The position numbers were made by a program, and so were the translations under genes. From Candidatus Daviesbacteria bacterium (GTDB lineage Bacteria > Patescibacteriota > Microgenomatia > Daviesbacterales > UBA10151): DNA of 64,000 bases. The DNA lies in contig JAQTZF010000001.1 of the NCBI GenBank assembly GCA_028687915.1, positions 418,634-482,633 of the forward strand. The letters are read 5' to 3'. Shown piece after piece: positions 36,620-46,553 of this stretch. Each line of letters begins with the position of its first letter. Within the stretch, counting starts at the first letter, position 1. The notes under the pieces were generated by a model, which saw only the letters and a list, made by a program, of their open reading frames with translations, did no database searches and had not been told where the DNA came from.

Positions 36620-37879
36620 ATGAAGATTAACAAATATATATTAATTTTAGTTTTAGGTATTACTTTAAGATTAGTCCTTTCTTTAAGTAGCTATCACTCA
36701 GATGTTGCAGCACTTACTTTTGCAGGTCAGGTAATAACTCAAGGGCACATACTAGATTTCTATGATTACTTACCAAACTTGCCACAGTCTGCAGAAATTT
36801 TAAAGGTATTTCCAACCTCCCTTTTTAATTATCCTCCTTTGGTTTATTTATTAATAAGTGTTCCAGCTACTGCATTTTTATTTTTAATTAATTCGACTTT
36901 TGAACAAACCTTTATTTTCAATATTGCCCAAGCATTTGGAGACCTTAATTTATTCGCCCAGCTGATTTTGTTTAAGTTGCCGTATCTTGTTTATGATTTA
37001 ATAATTGCTCTTCTTATAATGAAGATTTTGCAAACACCAAAGGAGCGTTTATTGGGCTTTGCACTTTGGATGTTCAATCCCGTAAGTTTGTATGCTACCT
37101 ATATGATTGGGCAGTTTGATATTGTCCCAACTTTTTTTGTTGTCATTTCCTTATTTCTTGTTAGTTCTAAAATCCCAATAACAAATAAGAGGTTGTTGTT
37201 TGCAGCTTTAATGCTTGGATTTGGTGCAGCTGTTAAGATTTTCCCGTTATTCTTTTTAGTACCGGTCGCGTCGCTTACTAATAGTTGGAAAACGAGAATC
37301 CAAATATTTATTGTAGGGTTTTCTCCGTATATTTTAAGTCTGCTGCCATTTATTTTCTCGAAAGGATTTAGGTCGAGTGCTCTTGTGGCAAACCAGACTC
37401 TTAAAAGTCTTTATCCTCAAATTCCAGTTTCTGGTGGGGAAAGTATATTACTCTTTGTAACTTTGTTAATTTTTATTTATATTGTTATGTTAAAAAAGAA
37501 AGGGTTGGAAAACATAGTTTGGCAAAGATATTTAATTGCCATCCTACCTTTTTATATTTTTACGCATTTTCATCCACAGTGGTTTATTTGGGTTACTCCA
37601 ATATTGATAATAGAATTAGTTAGAAATAGATTTCAAAACCTTTTTGTAGTATTAATTATGTTATTTAGCTTTATAGGATCGCTTTTCTTTTATGACCCGG
37701 GATTAAATATAAACCTTTTTGCTCCAATTATTCCATCTTTGTATAATGGACCATCAATATGGCAGATACTAAATATAAATATTGATTATAACTTTTGGAG
37801 AAGCATTCTACAAAGTTTATTTGTAGGAGCTGCTCTTTACTATTTGTACCTATATTTCCCTAGAAAAGATGAGCAATGA
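36620..37879 (+). CDS. Polytopic membrane protein, GT-C-like (possibly DUF2029/GT87-like mannosyltransferase), hypothetical
   Basis: 419 aa with ~10 TM. It has a distinct family signature. Confidence 0.45.
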   Translation: MKINKYILILVLGITLRLVLSLSSYHSDVAALTFAGQVITQGHILDFYDYLPNLPQSAEILKVFPTSLFNYPPLVYLLISVPATAFLFLINSTFEQTFIFNIAQAFGDLNLFAQLILFKLPYLVYDLIIALLIMKILQTPKERLLGFALWMFNPVSLYATYMIGQFDIVPTFFVVISLFLVSSKIPITNKRLLFAALMLGFGAAVKIFPLFFLVPVASLTNSWKTRIQIFIVGFSPYILSLLPFIFSKGFRSSALVANQTLKSLYPQIPVSGGESILLFVTLLIFIYIVMLKKKGLENIVWQRYLIAILPFYIFTHFHPQWFIWVTPILIIELVRNRFQNLFVVLIMLFSFIGSLFFYDPGLNINLFAPIIPSLYNGPSIWQILNINIDYNFWRSILQSLFVGAALYYLYLYFPRKDEQ

Positions 37880-39371
37880 TATAGATTCCAGTGAACATTT
37901 TGATGCTACTTCTGAAATAACATTAGACTTAGTAAAAAAACGTGCTATTAAGGGTGTGGCTGCATTAACAGGCCGAACAATCTTTACCCAAGTGGTAGGG
38001 TTAATTGCCACATTCTTGTTAACTCTTTTTCTAACTCCAAATCAATTTGGTGTTTATTTTATTGTTAGCGCTGCGGTTAACTTTTTTAATTATTTTGCTG
38101 ATATAGGTCTGGGAGCAGCAGTAATTCAAAAGAGAGAAACTTTAACCAGGAAAGATTTAGAAACAACTTTTACCATCCAAAGCATTCTTGTTATTTCGCT
38201 TGTTGTAATTATTATATTGATAACTCCCCTTCTTAAAGAGTGGCAGCATTTAGATCAGGAATCTGTTTATTTATTGTGGGCTTTGGCAGCGGGGCTGCTA
38301 CTATCTTCTTTTAAAAGTATACCCTCACTACTGCTAGAGCGGGAGCTGGATTTTAATAAGTTGGTTTTGCCGCAAATAATTGAGTTTCTATTGTTTCAAG
38401 TGATTGCCGTAGTATTGGCCTGGCAGGGGTTTGGGGTAACAAGTTATACAGTCGCAGTTATTGTAAGTAGAATTGCTGGACTGGTAATAATTTTTGTAGT
38501 TCGCCCATGGCGGCCAGGTATTGCTTTTGATATAGATGCACTAAAGGGTTTATTGCGTTTTGGTTTACCATATCAAATAAACATCTTCCTAGCTTCTATA
38601 AAAGATGATGGTATGACAGTTGTATTAGGTGGAATTTTAGGTCCAGCCAATATCGGTTTACTGGGATGGGCGCAGAAATGGGCTACAGCTCCGTTGCGAT
38701 TCTTTATGGACCAGGTCATAAAGGTTACTTTTCCTGCTTTTTCCCGTATGCAGGATTCTAAACAACAGCTTGCCAATGCTGTTTCGAAATCAATTTTCTT
38801 TATTGATGTATTAGTTTTTCCAGCTGTTGTAGGATTGGTATTATTGTCGCCTATTTTGGTTGAAATTATCCCTAAGTATGGTAAATGGCAACCAGCCTTA
38901 TTTGCTTTAGCTGTAATTTCAATAAACACGCTCTTGGCTTCCTGGACTACACCTTTAATTAATGCACTCAATGCTATTGGAAAAATAAAAATAACATTCC
39001 GCTTGATGATTATGTGGACAGTGCTAACCTGGATCTTTGTTCCCGGTCTTGCATACTTTTATCAAGTCAACGGTGCAGCTGTAGGTTATGCTTTGGTTGG
39101 TGTAAGTTCTATGGTTGCTGTGTGGGTAGCTTTTAGATATATTCGGATTAATATTTGGGAATCTATAGGCATACCTTTTATATGTTCGGTTTTGATGGGA
39201 ATTGTTTTATTTTTCGGAAGATCGATCCTGCCTTGGTCTTGGGGGACTGTTATTATCTTAATTATAGCTGCTATATTTGTTTACGCGGTTTCCCTTTTTC
39301 TTTTGGTGGGATCAGTGATTATGGAGGATATCAAGAAAATTTTGCTTAATTCAAAGGAGAAAACTAATTAG
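37869..39371 (+). CDS. MOP-superfamily polysaccharide or oligosaccharide flippase (Wzx/MurJ-like)
   Basis: 500 aa with ~14 TM. The N-terminal cytoplasmic segment is followed by TM pairs with conserved charged residues, typical of 'polysaccharide biosynthesis protein' flippases. There is an 11-nt overlap with the upstream gene. Confidence 0.6.
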   Translation: MSNDIDSSEHFDATSEITLDLVKKRAIKGVAALTGRTIFTQVVGLIATFLLTLFLTPNQFGVYFIVSAAVNFFNYFADIGLGAAVIQKRETLTRKDLETTFTIQSILVISLVVIIILITPLLKEWQHLDQESVYLLWALAAGLLLSSFKSIPSLLLERELDFNKLVLPQIIEFLLFQVIAVVLAWQGFGVTSYTVAVIVSRIAGLVIIFVVRPWRPGIAFDIDALKGLLRFGLPYQINIFLASIKDDGMTVVLGGILGPANIGLLGWAQKWATAPLRFFMDQVIKVTFPAFSRMQDSKQQLANAVSKSIFFIDVLVFPAVVGLVLLSPILVEIIPKYGKWQPALFALAVISINTLLASWTTPLINALNAIGKIKITFRLMIMWTVLTWIFVPGLAYFYQVNGAAVGYALVGVSSMVAVWVAFRYIRINIWESIGIPFICSVLMGIVLFFGRSILPWSWGTVIILIIAAIFVYAVSLFLLVGSVIMEDIKKILLNSKEKTN

Positions 39372-39382
39372 TATATAAAAGA

Positions 39383-42300
39383 ATGTTTAAAAAGCTTGTT
39401 TTTTGTTTAATTGTAGCTATATTTTTTTTCAATACACCAAATATTTTTGCTGCTGAAAATTCTTATGTTACTGTAGTAAATCCCATCAGAGGAAGTGATT
39501 TTTGGGATCAAAAAGGGCAAGAAGTAGAAACTGCGGTTTTGGGACAAATTAAAATATTAGATGAATTCAAAATTCCCGCTACTTTTTTAATTCGTTTTGA
39601 TGCCTTTTCTTCGAATCAGCTTATAGATTCCTTAAAAAATATAACCCATGAAAAGGGTTTATTTCTTGAGGTCACACCTTCATGGGCCACTGCTGCAGGG
39701 GTGAAATACAGACAATCTCCTGTTTGGCATAATGCAGAGAGTGTTTTTTTAACTGGGTATGATATTGAGGAGCGAAAAAGGTTTATAGATAAAGCATTTG
39801 AAGAATTTAAAAAAGCTTTTGGCTCATACCCTAAATCAGTAGGGGCATGGTGGATTGACAGTTATTCTTTAGAATACATGCAAAATAAGTACAATATTGA
39901 TGCTGTATTGATTGTTGCAGATCAATATTCTACTGATAATTATCAGATTTGGGGGCAGTACTTTGGGACTCCATATTATCCAGCTAAGAAAAATGCTTTA
40001 GCTCCTGCCCAAAACACAAAAAATAAAATACCAGTTGTTGTAATGCAGTGGGCAACCAGAGACCCTATTAATGGTTACGGAGAAGGGGTTATGGAAACAA
40101 CCTACAGTTTACAAGCCAATGATTATATTGATTATCATCAACTTGGTTCCAATTATTTTACTAAACTCATTGATCTTTTTACCACCCAACCATATAACCA
40201 GGTTAACCATGTAGTGGTAGGTTTAGAAAATTCCTATAATTGGAAGACGTATCAATCAGAATATAGAAAACAAATAGAGTTACTAAAGAATCGAGCAGTT
40301 CAACGGCAGCTTTCTTTGGTAACAATGGAAGAATTTGCTAAATGGTACAAGTTAAAGTTTCCGGATGTTTCTCCGGCACAAATTATCATAGCAAATGACC
40401 CTTTGGGAACTTCTAAAAAGGTTGTCTGGTTTATGAACCAGTATTATCGAGCAGGGTGGTTTTACAACCGGGATGGAAGTGTTTTTAGAGACATCAGACA
40501 ATATGTGGAAGGACAAGTTGAGCCTTGTTATGAAGTTGCTTGTAAGCAGATTAATTTTGCTACTTTTTCTACACGGGTACTGGATGATGTTACTTATAAG
40601 GAAAAATTAATTTTAGATAAAGGTAAAATAGCAGATTTTATAGTTAAAGAAGATAAGGAGTTTGTTATTAATTATACCAATGAAGCGGGAAGAAGAAGAC
40701 AGATTTCTTTTTTGCCGCGAGATATTTCTATTGATGGTAAGGTCAGTTCTATAGACAGTTTAATTTTACAAGCAAAAGAGTCAATAAGAGATGATAAAAA
40801 AATACAAGTTGAATTTTCACCAGATACTACTAAAAATTTCCAGGAACCACTCTCTGTTTTAGCTTTTAATATTATTAAATTTCTTATATTTATAATTATG
40901 GTTTTATTCATTCCGGGTTTTTCAGTAGTAAGATCACTAAAACAAGAGTCCTTAATTTTAAATATATTTTTATCAATTTGTATAGGTTTTGTTGGTTTAG
41001 TCTTAGTTTCTTTTGTTGCCGGTTATTTAAAATTACCTTGGTTGGTTTTTGTTTATATAGGGAGTGTTTTGATAACCTTTTTCTTTAAAAAGAGATATTT
41101 AGGGTTATCTTTAAAACAAGTATCTTTTTCCAAAAATAATATTTTAATTTTAATTGTTCTAATTTTAGGTACGATTTTTCAGTCGCTTATTATGGTACGT
41201 TCAGGATGGGTGTATGATTTTGGAGTGGGTTTTTGGGGGCCAACAGGTCATGATATGGTTTGGCACCAAGCGTTGGTTAATCAATTAGTCAAGGCGGTTC
41301 CGCCTGAAAGTCCGATTTTGGCTGGAGAGACTTTAAACGGTTATCACTATTTTTTTGATTTGTTAGTAGCAGAAAGTTATAAGTTAACTAATATTTCTAT
41401 ATTAGATTTATTGTATCGATTTTTCCCAGTACTTTTTTCCTTATTATTAGGTATTGGAACTATTGGTTTACTAAATAAATTGACAACTAATAAAATAATT
41501 TCCTTAACCTCATTATACTTTGTTTATTTTGCTGGAAGCTTTGGTTGGATAGTAACTTATTTAAGAGATAAAAGTATTAGCGGAGAATCAGTCTTTTGGG
41601 TGAATCAGCCAGTTTCCATGAATATTAATCCCCCATTCGCCATTTCATTGCTGCTTGTAATTACTATAGTTTTATTGATAAATATACATAGACTTAATAA
41701 ATCCACCTATAGCTATTTTTTATTAGTAATATTAATTGGTGTATTAGTGGAGTTTAAAGTTTATGCTGGTGTGGTGGCGATGGGCGGACTATTAATAATG
41801 GCTTTGTTAGAGGTGATAACAAAAAGAAGCTTTACCTACTTAAAAATCTTTTTACCTGCAGCTATTTTTTCTGCTGTATTATTTATTCCACAAAACAAGA
41901 ATGCAGCAAGTCTGTTGGTGTTTTCTCCATTATGGTTTATTGATTCAATGATGGATTTTGCGGATAGAGTAGGGTGGAGTAAATTATCTGCTGCTCGGTT
42001 AGCGTATTTTGCTCGTGGCGAATGGTTAAAGTATATATCAATAGAAGCTTTATCACTGTTTATCTTTATTGCAGGAAACTTGGGGATAAGAATATTATTG
42101 TTGTTTAAGATGCAAAGCTTGTTTAAAAGAAACTGGTGGCATATTTCTGAATATACATTTATGTTTTTTATGGGGTTAGTTTCTTTGACTATCCCATTGT
42201 TTTTCATTCAAAAAGGTAACCCCTGGAATACTATCCAATTTATCTATTATTTAGTTTACTTCGCAGCAATAGGTGCAAGCTTTGGTTTGTTTGTTATTTA

Positions 42301-42808
42301 TAAAAGTTTACCAAAAGTATTGGGGGTAATTTTATTAGCGATGGTGATGGTAATTGCACCAGTCAATGCGTGGGTTTCTTTCTCTGATAATTTAGGGCAA
42401 ATTCCCCCTGCAGCGCTAAGCCAGAATGAGTTTGAAGCATTGCAGTTTTTAAGCAAGCTTCCGGATGGAGTTGTTCTGACATACCCTTATAATAAAAATT
42501 TAAGTAGAAATTTTACTGAGCCGATACCTTTATTTGCTTATCAAACAACAGGGTATGTGTCAGCATTTTCAGGAAAGCAGTCATTTGTAGAAGATATTAT
42601 GCAAAACGAAATCTTACAAACTGATTATCACCCACGATTAGTGGCCTCAGAAGACTTTTTTATTAGTGGGGTAATACCACCTATTTTAGAGGGAAAGATC
42701 AAATATATATATTTACCAAAGTTTTTTGATGTTACTGTAGATACTAGTAAGCAATGGAAAAAGGTTTTTGAAAACAATGAAGTGTTAATTTATGAAATAA
42801 ATGGTTAG
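39383..42808 (+). CDS. Large fusion protein: secreted N-terminal domain (~500 aa, carbohydrate-processing-like) + C-terminal GT-C-like membrane module (paralog family D)
   Basis: 1141 aa. A signal peptide MFKKLVFCLIVAIFFFNTPNIFA is followed by a soluble domain. The C-terminal ~630 aa have ~14 TM and align with the entire 42820 ORF (WGPTGHDMVWHQALVNQLVKAVPPESPILAGETLNGYHYFFDLL vs WSAQGHDGVRHVAFMEQIKKEFPPSTPLFSEELLYNYHYFIDIF). Confidence 0.6.
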   Translation: MFKKLVFCLIVAIFFFNTPNIFAAENSYVTVVNPIRGSDFWDQKGQEVETAVLGQIKILDEFKIPATFLIRFDAFSSNQLIDSLKNITHEKGLFLEVTPSWATAAGVKYRQSPVWHNAESVFLTGYDIEERKRFIDKAFEEFKKAFGSYPKSVGAWWIDSYSLEYMQNKYNIDAVLIVADQYSTDNYQIWGQYFGTPYYPAKKNALAPAQNTKNKIPVVVMQWATRDPINGYGEGVMETTYSLQANDYIDYHQLGSNYFTKLIDLFTTQPYNQVNHVVVGLENSYNWKTYQSEYRKQIELLKNRAVQRQLSLVTMEEFAKWYKLKFPDVSPAQIIIANDPLGTSKKVVWFMNQYYRAGWFYNRDGSVFRDIRQYVEGQVEPCYEVACKQINFATFSTRVLDDVTYKEKLILDKGKIADFIVKEDKEFVINYTNEAGRRRQISFLPRDISIDGKVSSIDSLILQAKESIRDDKKIQVEFSPDTTKNFQEPLSVLAFNIIKFLIFIIMVLFIPGFSVVRSLKQESLILNIFLSICIGFVGLVLVSFVAGYLKLPWLVFVYIGSVLITFFFKKRYLGLSLKQVSFSKNNILILIVLILGTIFQSLIMVRSGWVYDFGVGFWGPTGHDMVWHQALVNQLVKAVPPESPILAGETLNGYHYFFDLLVAESYKLTNISILDLLYRFFPVLFSLLLGIGTIGLLNKLTTNKIISLTSLYFVYFAGSFGWIVTYLRDKSISGESVFWVNQPVSMNINPPFAISLLLVITIVLLINIHRLNKSTYSYFLLVILIGVLVEFKVYAGVVAMGGLLIMALLEVITKRSFTYLKIFLPAAIFSAVLFIPQNKNAASLLVFSPLWFIDSMMDFADRVGWSKLSAARLAYFARGEWLKYISIEALSLFIFIAGNLGIRILLLFKMQSLFKRNWWHISEYTFMFFMGLVSLTIPLFFIQKGNPWNTIQFIYYLVYFAAIGASFGLFVIYKSLPKVLGVILLAMVMVIAPVNAWVSFSDNLGQIPPAALSQNEFEALQFLSKLPDGVVLTYPYNKNLSRNFTEPIPLFAYQTTGYVSAFSGKQSFVEDIMQNEILQTDYHPRLVASEDFFISGVIPPILEGKIKYIYLPKFFDVTVDTSKQWKKVFENNEVLIYEING

Positions 42809-42819
42809 AATAATACTAA

Positions 42820-44844
42820 ATGGAAATTATACAAACATTTGCTCTTTTCTTGGTTTTTATTCCGATATCCATATTTCTTTTTTATATTCCAGGATTTGCT
42901 GTGCTTTCTATAGTAAAGCGGGATTTAGAAAAAGTCGAGTTAAGTGTATTGTCTTTTAGCACTGGACTTATACTTTTTACACTCCTTGCGATGCTTCTAG
43001 GGGTTTTAAATGTTCGTTTCTTAAGCTTAGTAATATTACTTATTATCAATTTTTGGGTATTGATTAAGTATAAGTTACAACCCTTCAAAGGTTTGACTTT
43101 TTTCCGGGATAAACTACTTGGTGTATTAGTTATTTTGGCTATATTAGTCCAAGGCTTAATCAGCTTTCCGAGTGGCTACATGTATGATGATGGTTTGTAC
43201 TTTTGGAGTGCACAAGGCCATGATGGTGTTCGGCATGTTGCTTTTATGGAACAGATAAAGAAGGAGTTTCCTCCAAGTACCCCACTTTTTTCAGAGGAGC
43301 TTTTGTATAACTATCATTACTTTATAGATATTTTTATGGGGGAAACTCTTAGGTTGTTTCCATTTTTTAATTCCTGGGATTTATATTTTAGGTTTTTCCC
43401 TGTACTTTTTTCTTTTTTGATTACCATCTCAACATTTGCCTTTATTCAGGCTTGGAAAAATAAACAAATTGCGTATTGGGCAATTTTCTTTACAACATTT
43501 ACCGGAAGTTTTGGATGGATGGTTCAGGTGATGAGGGGTAGGGGGCCTTTTGGCGGAGAAACAGTTTTCTGGGCGTCTCAAATAAATACTGTGATTGGGA
43601 ATCCAGCTACGGCTGTTTCTATAATCTTAGTTTTGGTATTTCTGCTTAGTCTTAAGTTTTATCTTGAAAATAGTAATTGGAGGTGGTTTATTATTTGTTT
43701 AATTATAGGATCAATAATTTCTAGTTTTAAAGTTTTCGCTGGAGTGGTTTTATTATCTGGCTTGGCTGTAGCTTCTTCTTTAGACTTACTTTTTAAAAGA
43801 AGGGTTAATTTAGCTTTAATTTCCGGAGCATTGTTTGTCTCTAATTTTATTGCTTTTAAATCCCTTACCTCTGGAGCAGGTAGCTTATTATTATTTGAGC
43901 CATGGTATCTGGTTAGGACTCTAGTCGTTTCCGGGGACAGATTAAATTGGATAGATTTAGAACTTCGTAGGCAGTATTATCTTTCTCTGCACACAGTAAA
44001 GGGTTATCTAAGAGTAGCACAATTTGAAATTATGGCTTTTTCGTTATTCCTAATTGGTAATATTGGTGTTCGTTTTATTGGTTTTTATGATCTGCAAAAA
44101 ACAATAGTTAACCAGATAAAGAATAAGTTTTCTGACAGTATAGCCATAACAATTTTTTTTGCTATGTTGTCTGCATTCTTGATACCACTTCTATTTGTTC
44201 AAAAGGGTTTAGCTTACAACAATATTCAGTTTCTGGAGTATTTTGTGCTCTTTCTAGGATTTTTTACTGCTTCATCAACTTATGTTTTGCTAAAAAGGTT
44301 TCACTCTAACACCATCAAGCTTTTTGTTATTGCAGTAATTATTATTTTTGCTGTACCTACAGTTATAGGAAATTTACTTGAATTCTATGGTCCGGAGTCA
44401 GCACCAAATTCCAAAATTAGCAGGCAGGAGCTTAAAGCGCTATATTATTTAAGAGATAATTCTGATCAAAAAAGCATTGTTCTAAACGCGCCTTTTGACG
44501 CGAATCGTACTAATAGAGAAAGCAAACCTGTTCCTATTTATGCTTGGTACAGTACATCGTATATTGCAGCAACGTCTTTAAGAACCACATATCTATCTGA
44601 TGAAGAGCAGGCAATAACTACCGGATATCCAGCTGAAGAAAGATTGGCTAATATGCATAAATTTTTTAGCCAAGAGGACTTAACTTGGAATCAAAATTTT
44701 TTAAGGTTAAATAAAATTAATTATATTTATTTACCCAAAAAAGAAATACAATCTTTAGATCCTCAAATATTATTAGACAAAGAGGGTAATAGTATAAGAA
44801 CATTTTATGAAAATAGTGAAGTGATTATTTATGAAGTTATCTAA
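42820..44844 (+). CDS. Polytopic membrane protein, GT-C-like, paralog family D
   Basis: 674 aa, stand-alone homolog of the C-terminal module of the 39383 ORF. It has a conserved HD...H...PP..P......NYHYF periplasmic loop. Confidence 0.55.
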   Translation: MEIIQTFALFLVFIPISIFLFYIPGFAVLSIVKRDLEKVELSVLSFSTGLILFTLLAMLLGVLNVRFLSLVILLIINFWVLIKYKLQPFKGLTFFRDKLLGVLVILAILVQGLISFPSGYMYDDGLYFWSAQGHDGVRHVAFMEQIKKEFPPSTPLFSEELLYNYHYFIDIFMGETLRLFPFFNSWDLYFRFFPVLFSFLITISTFAFIQAWKNKQIAYWAIFFTTFTGSFGWMVQVMRGRGPFGGETVFWASQINTVIGNPATAVSIILVLVFLLSLKFYLENSNWRWFIICLIIGSIISSFKVFAGVVLLSGLAVASSLDLLFKRRVNLALISGALFVSNFIAFKSLTSGAGSLLLFEPWYLVRTLVVSGDRLNWIDLELRRQYYLSLHTVKGYLRVAQFEIMAFSLFLIGNIGVRFIGFYDLQKTIVNQIKNKFSDSIAITIFFAMLSAFLIPLLFVQKGLAYNNIQFLEYFVLFLGFFTASSTYVLLKRFHSNTIKLFVIAVIIIFAVPTVIGNLLEFYGPESAPNSKISRQELKALYYLRDNSDQKSIVLNAPFDANRTNRESKPVPIYAWYSTSYIAATSLRTTYLSDEEQAITTGYPAEERLANMHKFFSQEDLTWNQNFLRLNKINYIYLPKKEIQSLDPQILLDKEGNSIRTFYENSEVIIYEVI

Positions 44845-46549
44845 AACTAAAATTTTATTGATATTAATATTGCTATTAGCCATTTTTTTGAGGCTTTATA
44901 AAATTGATGAAAATCCAGTATCTTTGTTTGGTGATGAATTGGATGTTGGTTATCATGCTTTATCAATTTTACAAACAGGAAAGGATTATACAGGACATTT
45001 CTTGCCACAGCATTTTCGTTCGCTGGCGGAGTTACGTACACCACTATATTTATATTCAAGTGTTCCAAGTGTTGCTATTTTTGGTGTCTCACCACTTGGG
45101 GTGAGATTGCCAGCTGTCATTTTTGGGGTTTTATGTGTTTGGTTGCTTTATTTTCTAGTAAAATATATTTCTGGAAATACAGTTATTGCATTAATATCAG
45201 CTTTACTTCTCTCGATTCTACCATGGCATATTCAATACTCCAGAGCAGGTTTTGAAGTAACAGAGTTGATGGCGTTTTATTTAGCAGGAATATATTTTTT
45301 TCTTCGGGGTTTAAAAGAGCATAGATTGATATTTTTATCAGTAATCTTTTTTGGATTTACGCCGTGGATTTATAATATAGCCAAGCTTTATTTACCTCTG
45401 ACAGTCCTAGGGCTTCTTGCGATATTTTGGAACGATATCAAAGTAGTTCCAAAAAAGTTTATTTTTATCTCCTTTGTTATTTTTACACTTATTACAGGAG
45501 CTTTTACCTATAATACTCTTTTTGGTGGAGGTGTGGATCGATTTGAAAGTATCTCTATTGCGTCGGATAATACTATTATTCCTCAAATTGGTTTCTCTCG
45601 TCTCAGGGATGCAAAAATGCGTGATTCTTCTGCCTCAATTGGAGCAGTATTTAGCTTGTCTGATAAATTGTTTCACAATCAACCATTTTTTTTGTTTAAT
45701 GCTTTTATAAAAAACTATCTTCAAGCATATTCAGCTGAATTTTTAACTATTTCTGGCAGTACAAACCTACGTCATTCAGTTCCAGGGGTGGGACAGATAT
45801 ATGCTTTTGAATTTATCTTTATGCTGATTGGAGGCGCTTTTTTCTTCTTTAGTCAAGTTAACAACAAGGTAAAGTTGTTAATGTTATTTTTGATTTTAAC
45901 TACACCAATCCCATCCGCTTTAACAATAGATGGGGGTACTCACCCAACCCGACTTTTTCTTATGATAATACCCATTACCATAATGACGGCTTATGGAATA
46001 TGGTCCGCGGTTAACATTTTAAGCGTAAAAATCCGTAAAGCCTTCATTGGGATAATTGCTTTGGTAATATTATTAAGCTTTGTGTTTTACCAGCATACTT
46101 ATTGGATTCATTATCCCTGGGATTCAGAAAGATGGTGGCAAGCTGGTTATAGCGAGGCAATAAAAGCAACTGTAGAGGAGGGTAAAAAGTATGATCGGGT
46201 AATTATAAGTAATGCTGATGAACCTTCACTGATATTTTTCTTAGGTTACAATGAATATCCACCAGAAAAATTTCAAAAGAATTATCTTTTACCGGAAACC
46301 AATATTCCTGGTTTTGGGAATGTGTCAAATTTAGATAAATATTACTTCCCTGCTATAGGAAAGGGAGTAGGTTTATATGATTTAGGTAAGATTTTACCAA
46401 GCAATACACTTTATTTAGCTACTGCAAAGGAGGTGAATGTAAATTTAATTACTGAGCCAGAGCGTGTACCAAAAGGTATCAACCTGATAAGGTCGATTAC
46501 CTATCCTTCTGGAGCCCCAGCTTTTTACCTGTTGTCTAAGATTGAATAG
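44831..46549 (+). CDS. ArnT/PMT-like membrane glycosyltransferase, paralog family B
   Basis: 572 aa. FGDELDVGYHALSILQTGKDYTGHFLPQHFRSLAELRTPLYLY...GVRLPAVIFG is present. There is a 14-nt overlap with the upstream gene. Confidence 0.65.
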   Translation: MKLSKTKILLILILLLAIFLRLYKIDENPVSLFGDELDVGYHALSILQTGKDYTGHFLPQHFRSLAELRTPLYLYSSVPSVAIFGVSPLGVRLPAVIFGVLCVWLLYFLVKYISGNTVIALISALLLSILPWHIQYSRAGFEVTELMAFYLAGIYFFLRGLKEHRLIFLSVIFFGFTPWIYNIAKLYLPLTVLGLLAIFWNDIKVVPKKFIFISFVIFTLITGAFTYNTLFGGGVDRFESISIASDNTIIPQIGFSRLRDAKMRDSSASIGAVFSLSDKLFHNQPFFLFNAFIKNYLQAYSAEFLTISGSTNLRHSVPGVGQIYAFEFIFMLIGGAFFFFSQVNNKVKLLMLFLILTTPIPSALTIDGGTHPTRLFLMIIPITIMTAYGIWSAVNILSVKIRKAFIGIIALVILLSFVFYQHTYWIHYPWDSERWWQAGYSEAIKATVEEGKKYDRVIISNADEPSLIFFLGYNEYPPEKFQKNYLLPETNIPGFGNVSNLDKYYFPAIGKGVGLYDLGKILPSNTLYLATAKEVNVNLITEPERVPKGINLIRSITYPSGAPAFYLLSKIE

Positions 46550-46553
46550 AATT

